Part shown: piece by piece, positions 1 through 7,758 of the stretch
Position numbering within the stretch: the first letter of the stretch is position 1
Layout of the letters: each line of letters starts with the position of its first letter
DNA from: Patescibacteria group bacterium
Lineage (GTDB): Bacteria; Patescibacteriota; WWE3; 9FT-COMBO-53-11
DNA: 32,605 nucleotides
Assembly: GCA_040900215.1 (NCBI GenBank)
Contig: JBBDZL010000027.1
Span: 28,300-60,904 of the forward strand
Direction: 5' to 3'
Notes under the pieces: model-generated
Databases searched by the model: none
What the model was told of the DNA's origin: nothing
What the model saw: only the letters and a program-made list of their open reading frames with translations
Program-made: the position numbers and the translations under genes

Positions 1-27
1 GCCCGGATTTTTTGAGCGTCAAGCATT

Positions 28-333
28 TTAGAGCTCAACGGAAATATCTTCCCCCTCAACTTTTAGCGGATAGGTCCGGACGGGAACGGTCGCCGGCAGA
101 AAACGGACCGCGCCGGTTTGAACATCGAAACGGGAACCGTGGCAGGGGCACTCAACCTCGTGGTCGATCAGCGCCCCCTCCCCCAAAGAGCACTGGGCGT
201 GAGTACAGGTATCATCAATCGCAAAGAACTCCTCGCCAATGCGAGCCACGGCCACTTTTTTGCCGCCGGCGGAGGCAGTACGAATCTCTCCATCGGGAAT
301 GTCGGCGGTTTTGGCAATCTTAATCCAAGGCAT
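28..333 (-). CDS. Rieske-type [2Fe-2S] ferredoxin, last gene of the suf cluster
   Basis: 101-aa ORF with the Rieske ligand pattern C-T-H ... C-P-C-H (DDTCTHAQCSLGEG...VECPCHGSRFD). Overlaps the end of the SufD-like gene by 14 nt. Confidence 0.85.
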   Translation of the reverse strand: MPWIKIAKTADIPDGEIRTASAGGKKVAVARIGEEFFAIDDTCTHAQCSLGEGALIDHEVECPCHGSRFDVQTGAVRFLPATVPVRTYPLKVEGEDISVEL

Positions 334-850
334 AATTGATGATTTTCTCCAATTTTGATCCTAGCCTTTTATCCCCAACTTCTGCAACCGCCGGACGGAG
401 AAAACCGGCAACCAAAAGTCTTTCCGCTTCCGATTGGCTTAACCCTCGGCTGCGCAAATAAAAAAGTTGGCCTTCGTCCACCGGGGAAGAAGTGGCGGCG
501 TGGGAAGCCCGGACATCGTCCGCTTCAATCTCAAGATAAGGAAAAGATTCCACCCGGGCTTCTTGGCCCAAAAGGAGGGTTCTTTCCTCCAAAAAATCGT
601 CCGCGCCCTGAGCGCCTTTTTCGATTTTCACCAGCCCGCGAATCCGGGCCGTCGCCCGGTCCCGAAGGATTCCCTTGACGGTAATTCTCCCTTTTGTCCG
701 GGGTTTAAGATGGATCATTGAAAGGTCCAAATCAATTCGATCGTTGTCTTTCCCCGCAAAAACTACCACCAGCTGCTCCTCCTTCCCCACGCGGTCTAAA
801 GAAACTTCTACCTTTTTATTTTTGCTGCCCATCACCGGAACAAAGATCAT
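320..850 (-). CDS. sufD: Short SufD-like Fe-S cluster assembly protein (C-terminal beta-helix core only)
   Basis: 176 aa with the SufB/SufD C-terminal signature (EIEADDVRASHAATSSPVDEGQLFYLRSRGLSQSEAERLLVAGFL). Its start overlaps the sufB stop by 4 nt. Much shorter than classical SufD. Confidence 0.7.
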   Translation of the reverse strand: MIFVPVMGSKNKKVEVSLDRVGKEEQLVVVFAGKDNDRIDLDLSMIHLKPRTKGRITVKGILRDRATARIRGLVKIEKGAQGADDFLEERTLLLGQEARVESFPYLEIEADDVRASHAATSSPVDEGQLFYLRSRGLSQSEAERLLVAGFLRPAVAEVGDKRLGSKLEKIINYALD

Positions 851-2244
851 CCGACGGATCCCTCCATCTCCAACTCGATCAAACGATTAAGCTCAACCGC
901 ATACTCCAGCGGCAAGACCTTGATGATCGGCTCGATAAAGCCGTTCACGACCATCCCGACCGCCTCATCGGCGGTCAAGCCCCGGCTCTGAAGATAGAAG
1001 AGCTGCTGCTCTCCTACTTTGGTAACGGTTGCCTCGTGCGCCACCGAAGATTGTTTTTCATTGATCTTCATTGTCGGATAAGTATCGGAACGGGATTTCG
1101 GATCCAAAATCAAGGCATCGCAGCGCACGTTGGCCCGAGAACCGATTGCCCCCGGATTAATCTCCAAAAGCCCCCGGTAAGTTGTGCGCCCCCCGCCCCG
1201 GGAAATCGATTTGGAAGTTATTACGGAAGAGGTGTAAGGAGCGGCGTGAACCGCCTTCGCGCCGGCATCCTGATGCTGACCGGCATCGGCGTAGGCCAGA
1301 GACAACACTTCGCCGCGGGCGCCTTTGCCCATCAAGTAGACGGAAGGATATTTCATCGTGATTTTGCTCCCTAAATTCCCGTCGATCCACTCCATCACCG
1401 CGTCCTCCCCCACTAACGCTCGTTTGGTAACGAGGTTATAAACGTTTCGGCTCCAATTCTGAATCGTGGTGTAGCGCACCCGCGCACCGCGCTTGACGAT
1501 AATTTCAACGACCGCAGCGTGCAGGGAATCGGTCGCGTAGATGGGCGCGGTGCATCCCTCGACGTAATGCACAAAGCTTCCTTCCTCGGCAATAATCAGC
1601 GTCCGCTCGAATTGCCCCATGTTCTTGGCGTTGATCCTAAAGTAGGCTTGGAGAGGCATCTCAACCGAAACTCCGGCCGGGATATAAACAAAGGAACCTC
1701 CGCTCCAAACGGCGGAGTTCAGCGCCGCAAATTTGTTGTCGAGCGGCGGGATAATCGTCCCGAAGTATTCCTTAACCAGGTCGGGGTGCTTCTTTAGCGC
1801 CTCGTCCATTCCCATGAAAATGACTCCCCGCCGGGCCAAATCCTGTTGGAGGGAGCCGTAAATCACTTCGCTGTCGTACTGGGCTTTAACTCCGGCTAGA
1901 TACTTGCGCTCCGCCTGCGGGACCCCAATCCGATCGTAAGTCTTGCGAATTGACTCCGGAACTTGCTTCCAGCTTTTCGCTTGAGAACGAGTGGGACGGA
2001 GGTAGTAATAAATTTCATCAAAATTAATCCGGGAGAGGTCGGCGCCCCAGCTGGGAAGAGTTTTCTTTTCGAAGATTCTTAAAGACCGCAACCGAAAATC
2101 CCGCATCCAAGCCGGTTCACCTTTAATTTCCGAGATCTTTTCAACCACATCCGAGGAAAGTCCCTTTTCCGCCTTGAAGACGTACTCTTCGGGATAAGAA
2201 AAACCAAAACGATACGGCTCCCGGCGGGAAATTAACTCTTTCAT
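847..2244 (-). CDS. sufB: Fe-S cluster assembly protein SufB
   Basis: 465 aa with the typical SufB sequence (KINEKQSSVAHEATVTKVGEQQLFYLQSRGLTADEAVGMVVNGF). Start overlaps the sufC stop by 4 nt. Confidence 0.95.
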   Translation of the reverse strand: MKELISRREPYRFGFSYPEEYVFKAEKGLSSDVVEKISEIKGEPAWMRDFRLRSLRIFEKKTLPSWGADLSRINFDEIYYYLRPTRSQAKSWKQVPESIRKTYDRIGVPQAERKYLAGVKAQYDSEVIYGSLQQDLARRGVIFMGMDEALKKHPDLVKEYFGTIIPPLDNKFAALNSAVWSGGSFVYIPAGVSVEMPLQAYFRINAKNMGQFERTLIIAEEGSFVHYVEGCTAPIYATDSLHAAVVEIIVKRGARVRYTTIQNWSRNVYNLVTKRALVGEDAVMEWIDGNLGSKITMKYPSVYLMGKGARGEVLSLAYADAGQHQDAGAKAVHAAPYTSSVITSKSISRGGGRTTYRGLLEINPGAIGSRANVRCDALILDPKSRSDTYPTMKINEKQSSVAHEATVTKVGEQQLFYLQSRGLTADEAVGMVVNGFIEPIIKVLPLEYAVELNRLIELEMEGSVG

Positions 2245-2969
2245 CGGAAGGATTTGTACCCTTCTTTTTCCAACTTCTCGGCCAGTTCTTCCCCACCCGT
2301 CGCTTTAATTTTGCCGTCTACCAAAACATGGACGAAATCCGGTTTGAGATATTTAAGAATTCGCTGGTAGTGGGTCACAATTATCACCCCGGTTCCCCCA
2401 TCTGCCAGAAATCGGATGTTCTCCGCGATCATTTTGAGGGCGTCGACGTCCAAGCCGGAATCGATTTCGTCGAAAATCGCAAACTTCGGCTTCAGAGCCA
2501 GCGCCTGCAGAACCTCGCTCCGCTTCTTTTCTCCCCCCGAAAGATCGAGGTTGACGGTCCGCCTCAAAAAGTTCTCATCCAGCCCAACTTTTGGCAGATA
2601 GCCATTTAATTCTGACAAGACTTCGCTGGCGGAGGCTTCTTTCTTGGCCGTTTTGATCAGGTTGAAAAGGGAAACTCCCTCGATTCCGACCGGGTACTGA
2701 AAAGCCAAGAACAGGCCGGCCCGGAAGCGCTTCTCGGGAGGAAGGGAGGATAAATCCCGCCGGCCCAGCCGGACCTTCCCCCGGACGGCATAATCGGGGT
2801 GGGCGGCTAGGGCATTGGCTAGCGTAGACTTCCCGGACCCGTTCGGGCCCATCAAGGCGTGGATCTCCTTCGACTTGATCGTCAGATCGATTCCCTTAAT
2901 AATCTCCTTGCCTTCGACTGCAACTTTCAAATTACTAATTACTAATTTCGAATTACTGGTTTTCCTCAT
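2241..2969 (-). CDS. sufC: Fe-S cluster assembly ATPase SufC
   Basis: Walker A GPNGSGKST, ABC signature LSGGEKKR, Walker B AIFDEIDSGLD. I take the internal ATG (MRKTSNSKLV...) at 2969 because it gives an ATGA overlap with the upstream gene. The track ORF extends to 3032. Confidence 0.9.
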   Translation of the reverse strand: MRKTSNSKLVISNLKVAVEGKEIIKGIDLTIKSKEIHALMGPNGSGKSTLANALAAHPDYAVRGKVRLGRRDLSSLPPEKRFRAGLFLAFQYPVGIEGVSLFNLIKTAKKEASASEVLSELNGYLPKVGLDENFLRRTVNLDLSGGEKKRSEVLQALALKPKFAIFDEIDSGLDVDALKMIAENIRFLADGGTGVIIVTHYQRILKYLKPDFVHVLVDGKIKATGGEELAEKLEKEGYKSFR

Positions 2970-3268
2970 ATCATTCCCAACTCCGCCCGGGCGGCGGGCG
3001 ACATCCGCTCCAGGGTCCAGGGAGGAGTCCAAACCACCGCCACGATTGCTTTCTTCACTCCGGAAACCCCGCGGGCCGCTTTTTCAATCTCCTTAATCAT
3101 TTCCGGCAGATAGGGGCAGAAAGGGGTGGTGGGCGACATCGCAATCCGGACCTCTCCCCCCTTCCCCGCCGCCACTCCGTAGATCAGGCCCAGATCGACA
3201 ATGTTGATCCCTAGCTCTTGATCATTTACCTTCCGGAGAGCCGCCAAAACCTGTTCTTTGATCTTCAT
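2966..3268 (-). CDS. SufT-like / DUF59 (MIP18 family) Fe-S assembly protein
   Basis: MKIKEQVLAALRKVNDQELGINIVDLGLIY...SPTTPFCPYL is typical of DUF59. The start at 3268 gives an ATGA overlap with the Rrf2 gene. The P/A-rich extension to 3415 looks non-coding. Confidence 0.8.
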   Translation of the reverse strand: MKIKEQVLAALRKVNDQELGINIVDLGLIYGVAAGKGGEVRIAMSPTTPFCPYLPEMIKEIEKAARGVSGVKKAIVAVVWTPPWTLERMSPAARAELGMI

Positions 3269-3693
3269 GGGGCGATCGGCAGCAGCTGATGGGGGTTGCC
3301 GGAAACTAGATCGGCCAGGGTTATTCTCTGGAGGGTTTTGTGCAGGTGGCGCTGGAGAACTTCCCAAAAACCGCGGGTCGGGCAGGCAATTAGAGTGCAC
3401 TGGGAATCCTGGCAAGGAACGGTCCGGATCGGACCTTCCAAAACCTCCAAAATCTCGACCAAACTGATCATTTCGGGCCGCCGCGACAGCCGGTACCCCC
3501 CGTTTCTCCCCCGTTGAGCTCCCAACAGCTGGGCTTTCCGCAGCTCGAAAGCGATTTGCTCCAAAAAGGTTTGGGGCAGCCGGCAGGAACTGGCGATTTC
3601 GGCGAGAGAGCGGGGACGGTTGTCGGGATCCTTCGCCAAAGAAGCCATCAAAAGTATCCCGTAGTCTCCGCGAGAAGTGAGTAATTTGGGCAT
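3265..3693 (-). CDS. Rrf2-family transcriptional regulator (IscR/SufR-like), first gene of the suf operon
   Basis: MPKLLTSRGDYGILLMASLA... wHTH (LAEIASSCRLPQTFLEQIAFELRKAQLL..RGRNGGYRL) plus a three-Cys cluster (CQDSQCTLIAC). The start at 3693 matches the usual Rrf2 N-terminus. The track ORF runs on to 3780. Confidence 0.8.
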   Translation of the reverse strand: MPKLLTSRGDYGILLMASLAKDPDNRPRSLAEIASSCRLPQTFLEQIAFELRKAQLLGAQRGRNGGYRLSRRPEMISLVEILEVLEGPIRTVPCQDSQCTLIACPTRGFWEVLQRHLHKTLQRITLADLVSGNPHQLLPIAP

Positions 3694-3698
3694 TTCAA

Positions 3699-3711
3699 AG
3701 TAATTATTACT
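3699..3711. promoter_or_regulatory. Perfect 6+1+6 palindrome AGTAAT-T-ATTACT, 5 nt upstream of the Rrf2 start codon; candidate operator
   Basis: Read directly from the sequence. Rrf2 regulators commonly autoregulate through palindromic sites. No Shine-Dalgarno lies between it and the ATG. Confidence 0.4.
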
Positions 3712-3724
3712 AAAATGGTAATGA

Positions 3725-3769
3725 TTAGGCAATAGGCCAATAACTAAAGAAAACAGTTTAGGCAATAGG
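3725..3769. promoter_or_regulatory. Two perfect 12-nt direct repeats TTAGGCAATAGG (3725-3736, 3758-3769), 33 nt apart, in the suf promoter region
   Basis: Seen directly. A third partial copy, TAGGCAA, lies at 3774-3780. The location is upstream of the Rrf2-suf operon. Confidence 0.4.
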
Positions 3770-3801
3770 TAACTAGGCAAACAGGGATGGTAAAATTGAA
3801 T

Positions 3802-3864
3802 TCATTGGGAGATCGTCCAACGGGACGCGACACTCGTTCGTCGCTAGCCGTTGGATCTCATCCC
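3802..3864 (+). pseudogene. tRNA-Gln-derived pseudo-tRNA / long imperfect hairpin
   Basis: 3802-3823 is identical to 3877-3898 (22 nt: 4 nt of leader plus the acceptor 5' strand and D-arm of tRNA-Gln). The remainder has no T-arm. It folds as a rod instead: CCAACGG(3817-3823)/CCGTTGG(3848-3854), GCGAC(3827-3831)/GTCGC(3840-3844), GAGAT(3809-3813)/ATCTC(3855-3859). Confidence 0.55.
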
Positions 3865-3880
3865 AATTCGCCTTGCTCAT

Positions 3881-3954
3881 TGGGAGATCGTCCAACGGTA
3901 GGACTGCGGACTCTGAATCCGCCAATCTTGGTTCGAATCCAAGTCTCCCAGCCA
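3881..3954 (+). tRNA. tRNA-Gln (anticodon CUG), CCA encoded
   Basis: Hand-folded cloverleaf. Acceptor TGGGAGA/TCTCCCA with a U1:A72 pair. D arm GTCC-AACGGTA-GGAC. Anticodon arm GCGGA-CTCTGAA-TCCGC. 4-nt variable loop. T arm CTTGG-TTCGAAT-CCAAG. Discriminator G followed by CCA. Confidence 0.85.
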
Positions 3955-4067
3955 TTCGATTCGCTACGCTCACTCATGGCTATAGCCACCCATTGAGAAT
4001 CGAATGTCCTGAGCGCACCGAAGGTTCTGAGCGAGTGAAACGAGTCGAAGAAGTCGAAGGACAACCC

Positions 4068-4334
4068 ATGAGCTTTTTTGTATATATTCTTAGAAATCCT
4101 CAAAATAAACTCTACGTTGGGCAAACTAATAATCTCGACGAGAGGTTAACGCAACACCGTGGTTCAAAGGCGGCAAAATTTACCAGGGATCATCAACATT
4201 TTAAGTTGGTTTACTCCGAAAAACAACCATCTCTGCTTGACGCAATGCGCCGGGAAAAGCAAATTAAGGGGTGGACTAGAGCGAAAAAGGAATCATTAAT
4301 CGAGGGGGACTTAGATTTACTCAAAAAGCTGTAA
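4068..4334 (+). CDS. Stand-alone GIY-YIG nuclease-domain protein (COG2827-like)
   Basis: MSFFVYILRNPQNKLYVGQTNNLDERLTQH...MRREKQIKGW shows the GIY/YIG, R and E motifs. ATG at 4068. The track ORF from 3873 runs through the tRNA and is not credible there. Confidence 0.85.
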   Translation: MSFFVYILRNPQNKLYVGQTNNLDERLTQHRGSKAAKFTRDHQHFKLVYSEKQPSLLDAMRREKQIKGWTRAKKESLIEGDLDLLKKL

Positions 4335-4451
4335 ATCCAACTTGGGCACCCCGAAGTGACCGAGTTCCCTCTTTACCCCACAACTGTCTTTAAAACTCTG
4401 ATTTTTCGCTAAAAGTCTCGGATCGTAAATTCACGCTTATTCAACCTACGA

Positions 4452-4460
4452 TGGTAAAAT
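4452..4460 (+). promoter_or_regulatory. Extended -10 element TGGTAAAAT, 7 nt upstream of ATG 4468 (probable leaderless mRNA)
   Basis: The same 9-mer precedes the RNase P RNA gene at 27065-27073. No SD lies between the element and the ATG. Confidence 0.45.
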
Positions 4461-4461
4461 T

Positions 4462-5532
4462 TTGGTAATGGCTATAAGAAATCCAATCAAAATATTAAGT
4501 CTTCCCTCCCGACACCCATATACGAGCAAATTCGACAACGGCAGAGATTTTACATTCGTAAATCCAGATACCGATCTACTTGGAACCGGATTCTACCAGC
4601 CATCTTTTTACGAGAAAAATTATCCCCCACAAAAATACGATCTGGTCCATGTCCACTTCTCGTTCGATAGTGTGCCGTTGCCAAAATTCAAGAAACTTCT
4701 CAGTTATTTTAAAACCGTTGGAAAGCCAATCGTTTGGACTCTCCACAGCAAAGAAAGTCAACGAGTTAGAAACCTTGGAAATGGGCAATATCAGAAACTT
4801 CTCTTCAACTACGCAGATAAAATTATTAGCCCAACGGAAGGTGCCAAAAAATGGCTGGAGAAAAAATTCGGCACCCACAAAAGAGGAGTTCCAGTTATAC
4901 CTCTCGGTTTTATTGTCCACCCAGATCATGTAAAAAAAGAGAACAAGGGAGTGATAAAAAGCAAAAACGTATTCACATTTCTGGTTGGGGAATTCCGTGA
5001 GAATAAAGAGTTTGTGCAGTCGATTATAAACTTCCTGCATTGTTCGGAGCTTAGATCCGTGAAACTCCAAGTAATCTTTAAGCCGATTAATATTTACCGG
5101 AAGAAATACGGAAAATTAAGACCGGAGATCATTGACTTCCTTAAAATTATTAAAGACCCGAGGATTATAAAGATCTCGCTTCCTAATATTCCGAACGAAG
5201 TGATCACCAAAGCTTTTCTAAAATCGCACGCAATTATTCTTCCCTACAAATGGGGAACCCACAGCGGACAAATCGAGCTCGCGAAAGACTGCGGGTGCCA
5301 CGTCGTTGTATCTAATGTCGGTTTCTACAAAGAACAGTGGAACAAGGTGAGATTATATGACGTGCTTGATGGAAAATATGAAGAATATCCTAAGCGCTTT
5401 ACAGAAGCATTAATTGAGGTCTACGGAGAACAATCGCTAAATCCAGCAGGTCATGGGAGGAAAATCGAATTCGAGAAAATCATTCAAGAACATATCAAAG
5501 CGTACGAAGAGATTCTGAATAACAAATCCTAA
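4462..5532 (+). CDS. GT-B fold (GT4-like) glycosyltransferase-like protein
   Basis: 356 aa, K/I/N/F-rich. N-terminal half has DLVHVHF...ADKIISPTEGAKKWL. C-terminal half has ILPY..HSGQIELAKDCGCHVVVSNVG, resembling the E-x7-E region of retaining GT-B enzymes. The likely true start is ATG 4468 (TTG at 4462 in the track). The function call is tentative. Confidence 0.55.
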   Translation: MVMAIRNPIKILSLPSRHPYTSKFDNGRDFTFVNPDTDLLGTGFYQPSFYEKNYPPQKYDLVHVHFSFDSVPLPKFKKLLSYFKTVGKPIVWTLHSKESQRVRNLGNGQYQKLLFNYADKIISPTEGAKKWLEKKFGTHKRGVPVIPLGFIVHPDHVKKENKGVIKSKNVFTFLVGEFRENKEFVQSIINFLHCSELRSVKLQVIFKPINIYRKKYGKLRPEIIDFLKIIKDPRIIKISLPNIPNEVITKAFLKSHAIILPYKWGTHSGQIELAKDCGCHVVVSNVGFYKEQWNKVRLYDVLDGKYEEYPKRFTEALIEVYGEQSLNPAGHGRKIEFEKIIQEHIKAYEEILNNKS

Positions 5533-6986
5533 TAAGATTGGGCGAAGAGAACCCTTCGTTTCGAAGGTTTTTTTGTTAGTATGCATCGCCCTTTTTCTTC
5601 TGGCTGATCAAACGGAACACACCGTATAGTTGCTTTTGTTTCTTCCTTAATCTTCTCTTCCGCTTCGGCATCGCCACACCAATGAGCTAAAACAAATTTC
5701 CTACTCCTAATCGCACGCTTGAAATCATCCCAGTCATCAACAGAAACAGTATTTTCCTTAAGGTTGCTCAAAGCTCGGCGGTAAAGCTCATCCTGAATCT
5801 CAACTAGAACGTGTTTGACCGATTCAGCAACGTCTTTTATCTTAACGTCAAATTTTTCACCCGTATCCCGCCTGACGAAAACAACAGATTCTTTCTGTAC
5901 ATCTCTCGGACCTATTTCAATTCTTAAAGGCACTCCCTTTCTTTCCCAAAAATAATATTTATCACCTGGGTTTATATCTTCCCGATCGTCGAACTTGACT
6001 TCGCCTAGTCCGGAATTATGCAGGGCTGACACAACTTCTGAAACCTTTCCCCCAACAGTAGTTCTGGATTCTTCGTCCCAAATCGGAACTATGGCCACTT
6101 TCACAGGCGCCACCTTCGGAGGGATCACAAGACCTTTATCGTCCCCGTGAACCATCACCAGAGCACCGATTGTTCTAGTGCTCAGGCCCCAGCTTGTTTG
6201 CCAACAGTATCTCGAAGAACCGTCTTGATCGGTAAATTCAATCCCAAAAGCCTTAGAAAAGTTTTGGCCAAGATTATGGGAGGTGGAGAACTGAAGGGCT
6301 TTCCCATCCTGCATCATAGCCTCCACAGTATAGGTCTGAAGAGCGCCCGCGAATTTTTCTGACTCGGACTTAACACCAGTTATAACCGGGATTGCCATAA
6401 AGCTTTCGGCAAAATCTTTATAGACATCCAGCATCAAGCGAGCCCGCTCGTCTGCCTCGGACTCGCTAGCATGAGCAGTATGACCCTCTTGCCACAGGAA
6501 TTCGGTTGTGCGAATAAAAGGGCGAGGCCGCTTCTCCCAACGCACCACATTTGCCCATTGGTTTAATAGAAGCGGTAAATCTCGGTGCGATTTGATCCAC
6601 CCAGCAATAATCGGGTAAATGATGGTTTCTGAAGTCGGACGAATGATCAGCGCTTCTTTAAGCCGCTCCCCGCCAGCGTACATCACCGCCGCCACTTCGG
6701 GCGAAAAACCTTCCACGTGTTCTTTCTCTCTCTTTAAAAATCTCTCCGGTATAAGTAGCGGAAAATAAGCATTTTCTACCCCCGTTTCCTTAAACTTTTG
6801 ATCAAGGATATTCTGGATGTTTTCCCAAATTGCGTATCCGTGGGGCTTGAAAACAATGCAACCTTTAACCGGAGCGTACTCAGCCAAATCGGCCTCCCGA
6901 ATCACGTCAAGGTACCAGCGGGAGAAGTCCGTAGACTTCGGAGTGATCGGACTTTTAACTTTTTCTTTTTGTTTGCTGGCACCCAT
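5529..6986 (-). CDS. proS: Prolyl-tRNA synthetase, archaeal/eukaryal-like type
   Basis: 485 aa with FSRWYLDVIREADL..., class II motifs (IRPTSET, FIRTTEFLWQEGHTAH, QTSWGLSTR) and a C-terminal domain ending in Y. Has no bacterial INS editing domain. Confidence 0.93.
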   Translation of the reverse strand: MGASKQKEKVKSPITPKSTDFSRWYLDVIREADLAEYAPVKGCIVFKPHGYAIWENIQNILDQKFKETGVENAYFPLLIPERFLKREKEHVEGFSPEVAAVMYAGGERLKEALIIRPTSETIIYPIIAGWIKSHRDLPLLLNQWANVVRWEKRPRPFIRTTEFLWQEGHTAHASESEADERARLMLDVYKDFAESFMAIPVITGVKSESEKFAGALQTYTVEAMMQDGKALQFSTSHNLGQNFSKAFGIEFTDQDGSSRYCWQTSWGLSTRTIGALVMVHGDDKGLVIPPKVAPVKVAIVPIWDEESRTTVGGKVSEVVSALHNSGLGEVKFDDREDINPGDKYYFWERKGVPLRIEIGPRDVQKESVVFVRRDTGEKFDVKIKDVAESVKHVLVEIQDELYRRALSNLKENTVSVDDWDDFKRAIRSRKFVLAHWCGDAEAEEKIKEETKATIRCVPFDQPEEKGRCILTKKPSKRRVLFAQSY

Positions 6987-6996
6987 AGACTCTATT

Positions 6997-7758
6997 TTAC
7001 TTTAAAATCTCCTCAGTGCCACTAATATGACCAAAGATCCTATTTGATAAGGAGACTAGCTCTTCATCTCGCATAAGATTTAGATAGAATTCGTCATCCT
7101 TAAAGTAACGCCACCTTTCCAGAACCGCCATTTTCTGAGCGGATCCGTGGAACTTGGTGTAATCAAACGAGCTGCCTCTCCCATGTTCCACCACATCTTG
7201 AACACTCAGATCCCGATTCACAGTTCCCAAACAACGTTGGCAAAGCTCATCTCGATAGTCGCGATTGGAAAACCAATCGTTGTAATTAACGTTTACCCTA
7301 TCTCCTAAGAGATTTGTTTCTCCCAAATACTCTTTCGCATACGTCCTCCACAAACGCGAGATCCCTTTCCAACCAATCTTCTGAATAGGATTTCGAACTC
7401 CTTGTTCCTGCATATCCCGTAACATTTTTAAACGACTGGCAAAAAAATTAAAGGGATCCCTAACAAGTAAGATTTTAATCTTAGTAGAATCTTCAAGAAT
7501 CTCATTCTCATATTTGACACCCGGAACGGAATCCAAATTCAGCAGATCCACGTCTTCGTAACCCAAAAGCAGGGTAAAATTTCTATCTCTCCTTCCGTCA
7601 ACCAAATCCTTGGTAGTGAGGATTTTAGGAGGGTCTTCACATAGATCAAACACGTTGTTAACACGCTTAATACGACCAGAAGAATTGCTAAGTAACCAAT
7701 TTGCCACCGCGTGATTTCCCGATCTTTTTAATCCGAAAAAGTGGATAAGTCGCCTCAC
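6997..7758 (-). CDS. Sulfotransferase-like P-loop protein
   Basis: N-terminal FFGLKRSGNHAV resembles the 5'-PSB loop of sulfotransferases (PKSGTT/PRTGTH type). LLVRDPFNFFASRL resembles the 3'-PB RDP..R..S motif. Start overlaps the upstream gene's stop by 4 nt. Function tentative. Confidence 0.5.
   Translation of the reverse strand: MRRLIHFFGLKRSGNHAVANWLLSNSSGRIKRVNNVFDLCEDPPKILTTKDLVDGRRDRNFTLLLGYEDVDLLNLDSVPGVKYENEILEDSTKIKILLVRDPFNFFASRLKMLRDMQEQGVRNPIQKIGWKGISRLWRTYAKEYLGETNLLGDRVNVNYNDWFSNRDYRDELCQRCLGTVNRDLSVQDVVEHGRGSSFDYTKFHGSAQKMAVLERWRYFKDDEFYLNLMRDEELVSLSNRIFGHISGTEEILK

Noticed and set aside
1-27. GCCCGGATTTTTT at the window edge as a terminator.
   Set aside because: Only half of a possible hairpin is visible because the window is truncated, so it cannot be supported.
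718-1374. 218-aa plus-strand ORF antisense to sufB. Similar long antisense ORFs occur at 16839..17414, 17899..18423, 19647..20282, 20026..20607, 25468..26016 and 29518..30297.
   Set aside because: Each lies entirely opposite a confidently identified conserved gene. Their translations are R/P/G-rich and low-complexity, as expected for stop-poor antisense frames of GC-rich coding DNA.
2970-3032. Longer N-terminal extensions offered by the ORF track: sufC to 3032, sufT-like to 3415, Rrf2 to 3780, MAT to 9861, recJ to 21035, DUF3048 to 25231, recA to 32057, ASCH-like to 32588.
   Set aside because: The extensions overlap upstream genes or leaders, are low-complexity, and add residues absent from the known family N-termini. 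Internal starts give ATGA-type coupling or a proper SD.
3784-3865. Possible functional class II tRNA, with GGGATGG(3784-3790) pairing to TCATCCC(3858-3864).
   Set aside because: No T-arm (no TTCGA/TTCAA loop). The candidate anticodon stem GCGAC/GTCGC has an 8-nt loop, and the D region does not fold. It is better explained as a tRNA-derived hairpin or pseudogene.
3773-4124. ORFs across the tRNA region (3773..3973 minus, 3787..3996 plus, 3858..4124 minus) and the N-terminal 65 aa of ORF 3873..4334.
   Set aside because: They run through tRNA-Gln and the tRNA-like hairpin. The GIY-YIG domain begins at the internal ATG 4068.
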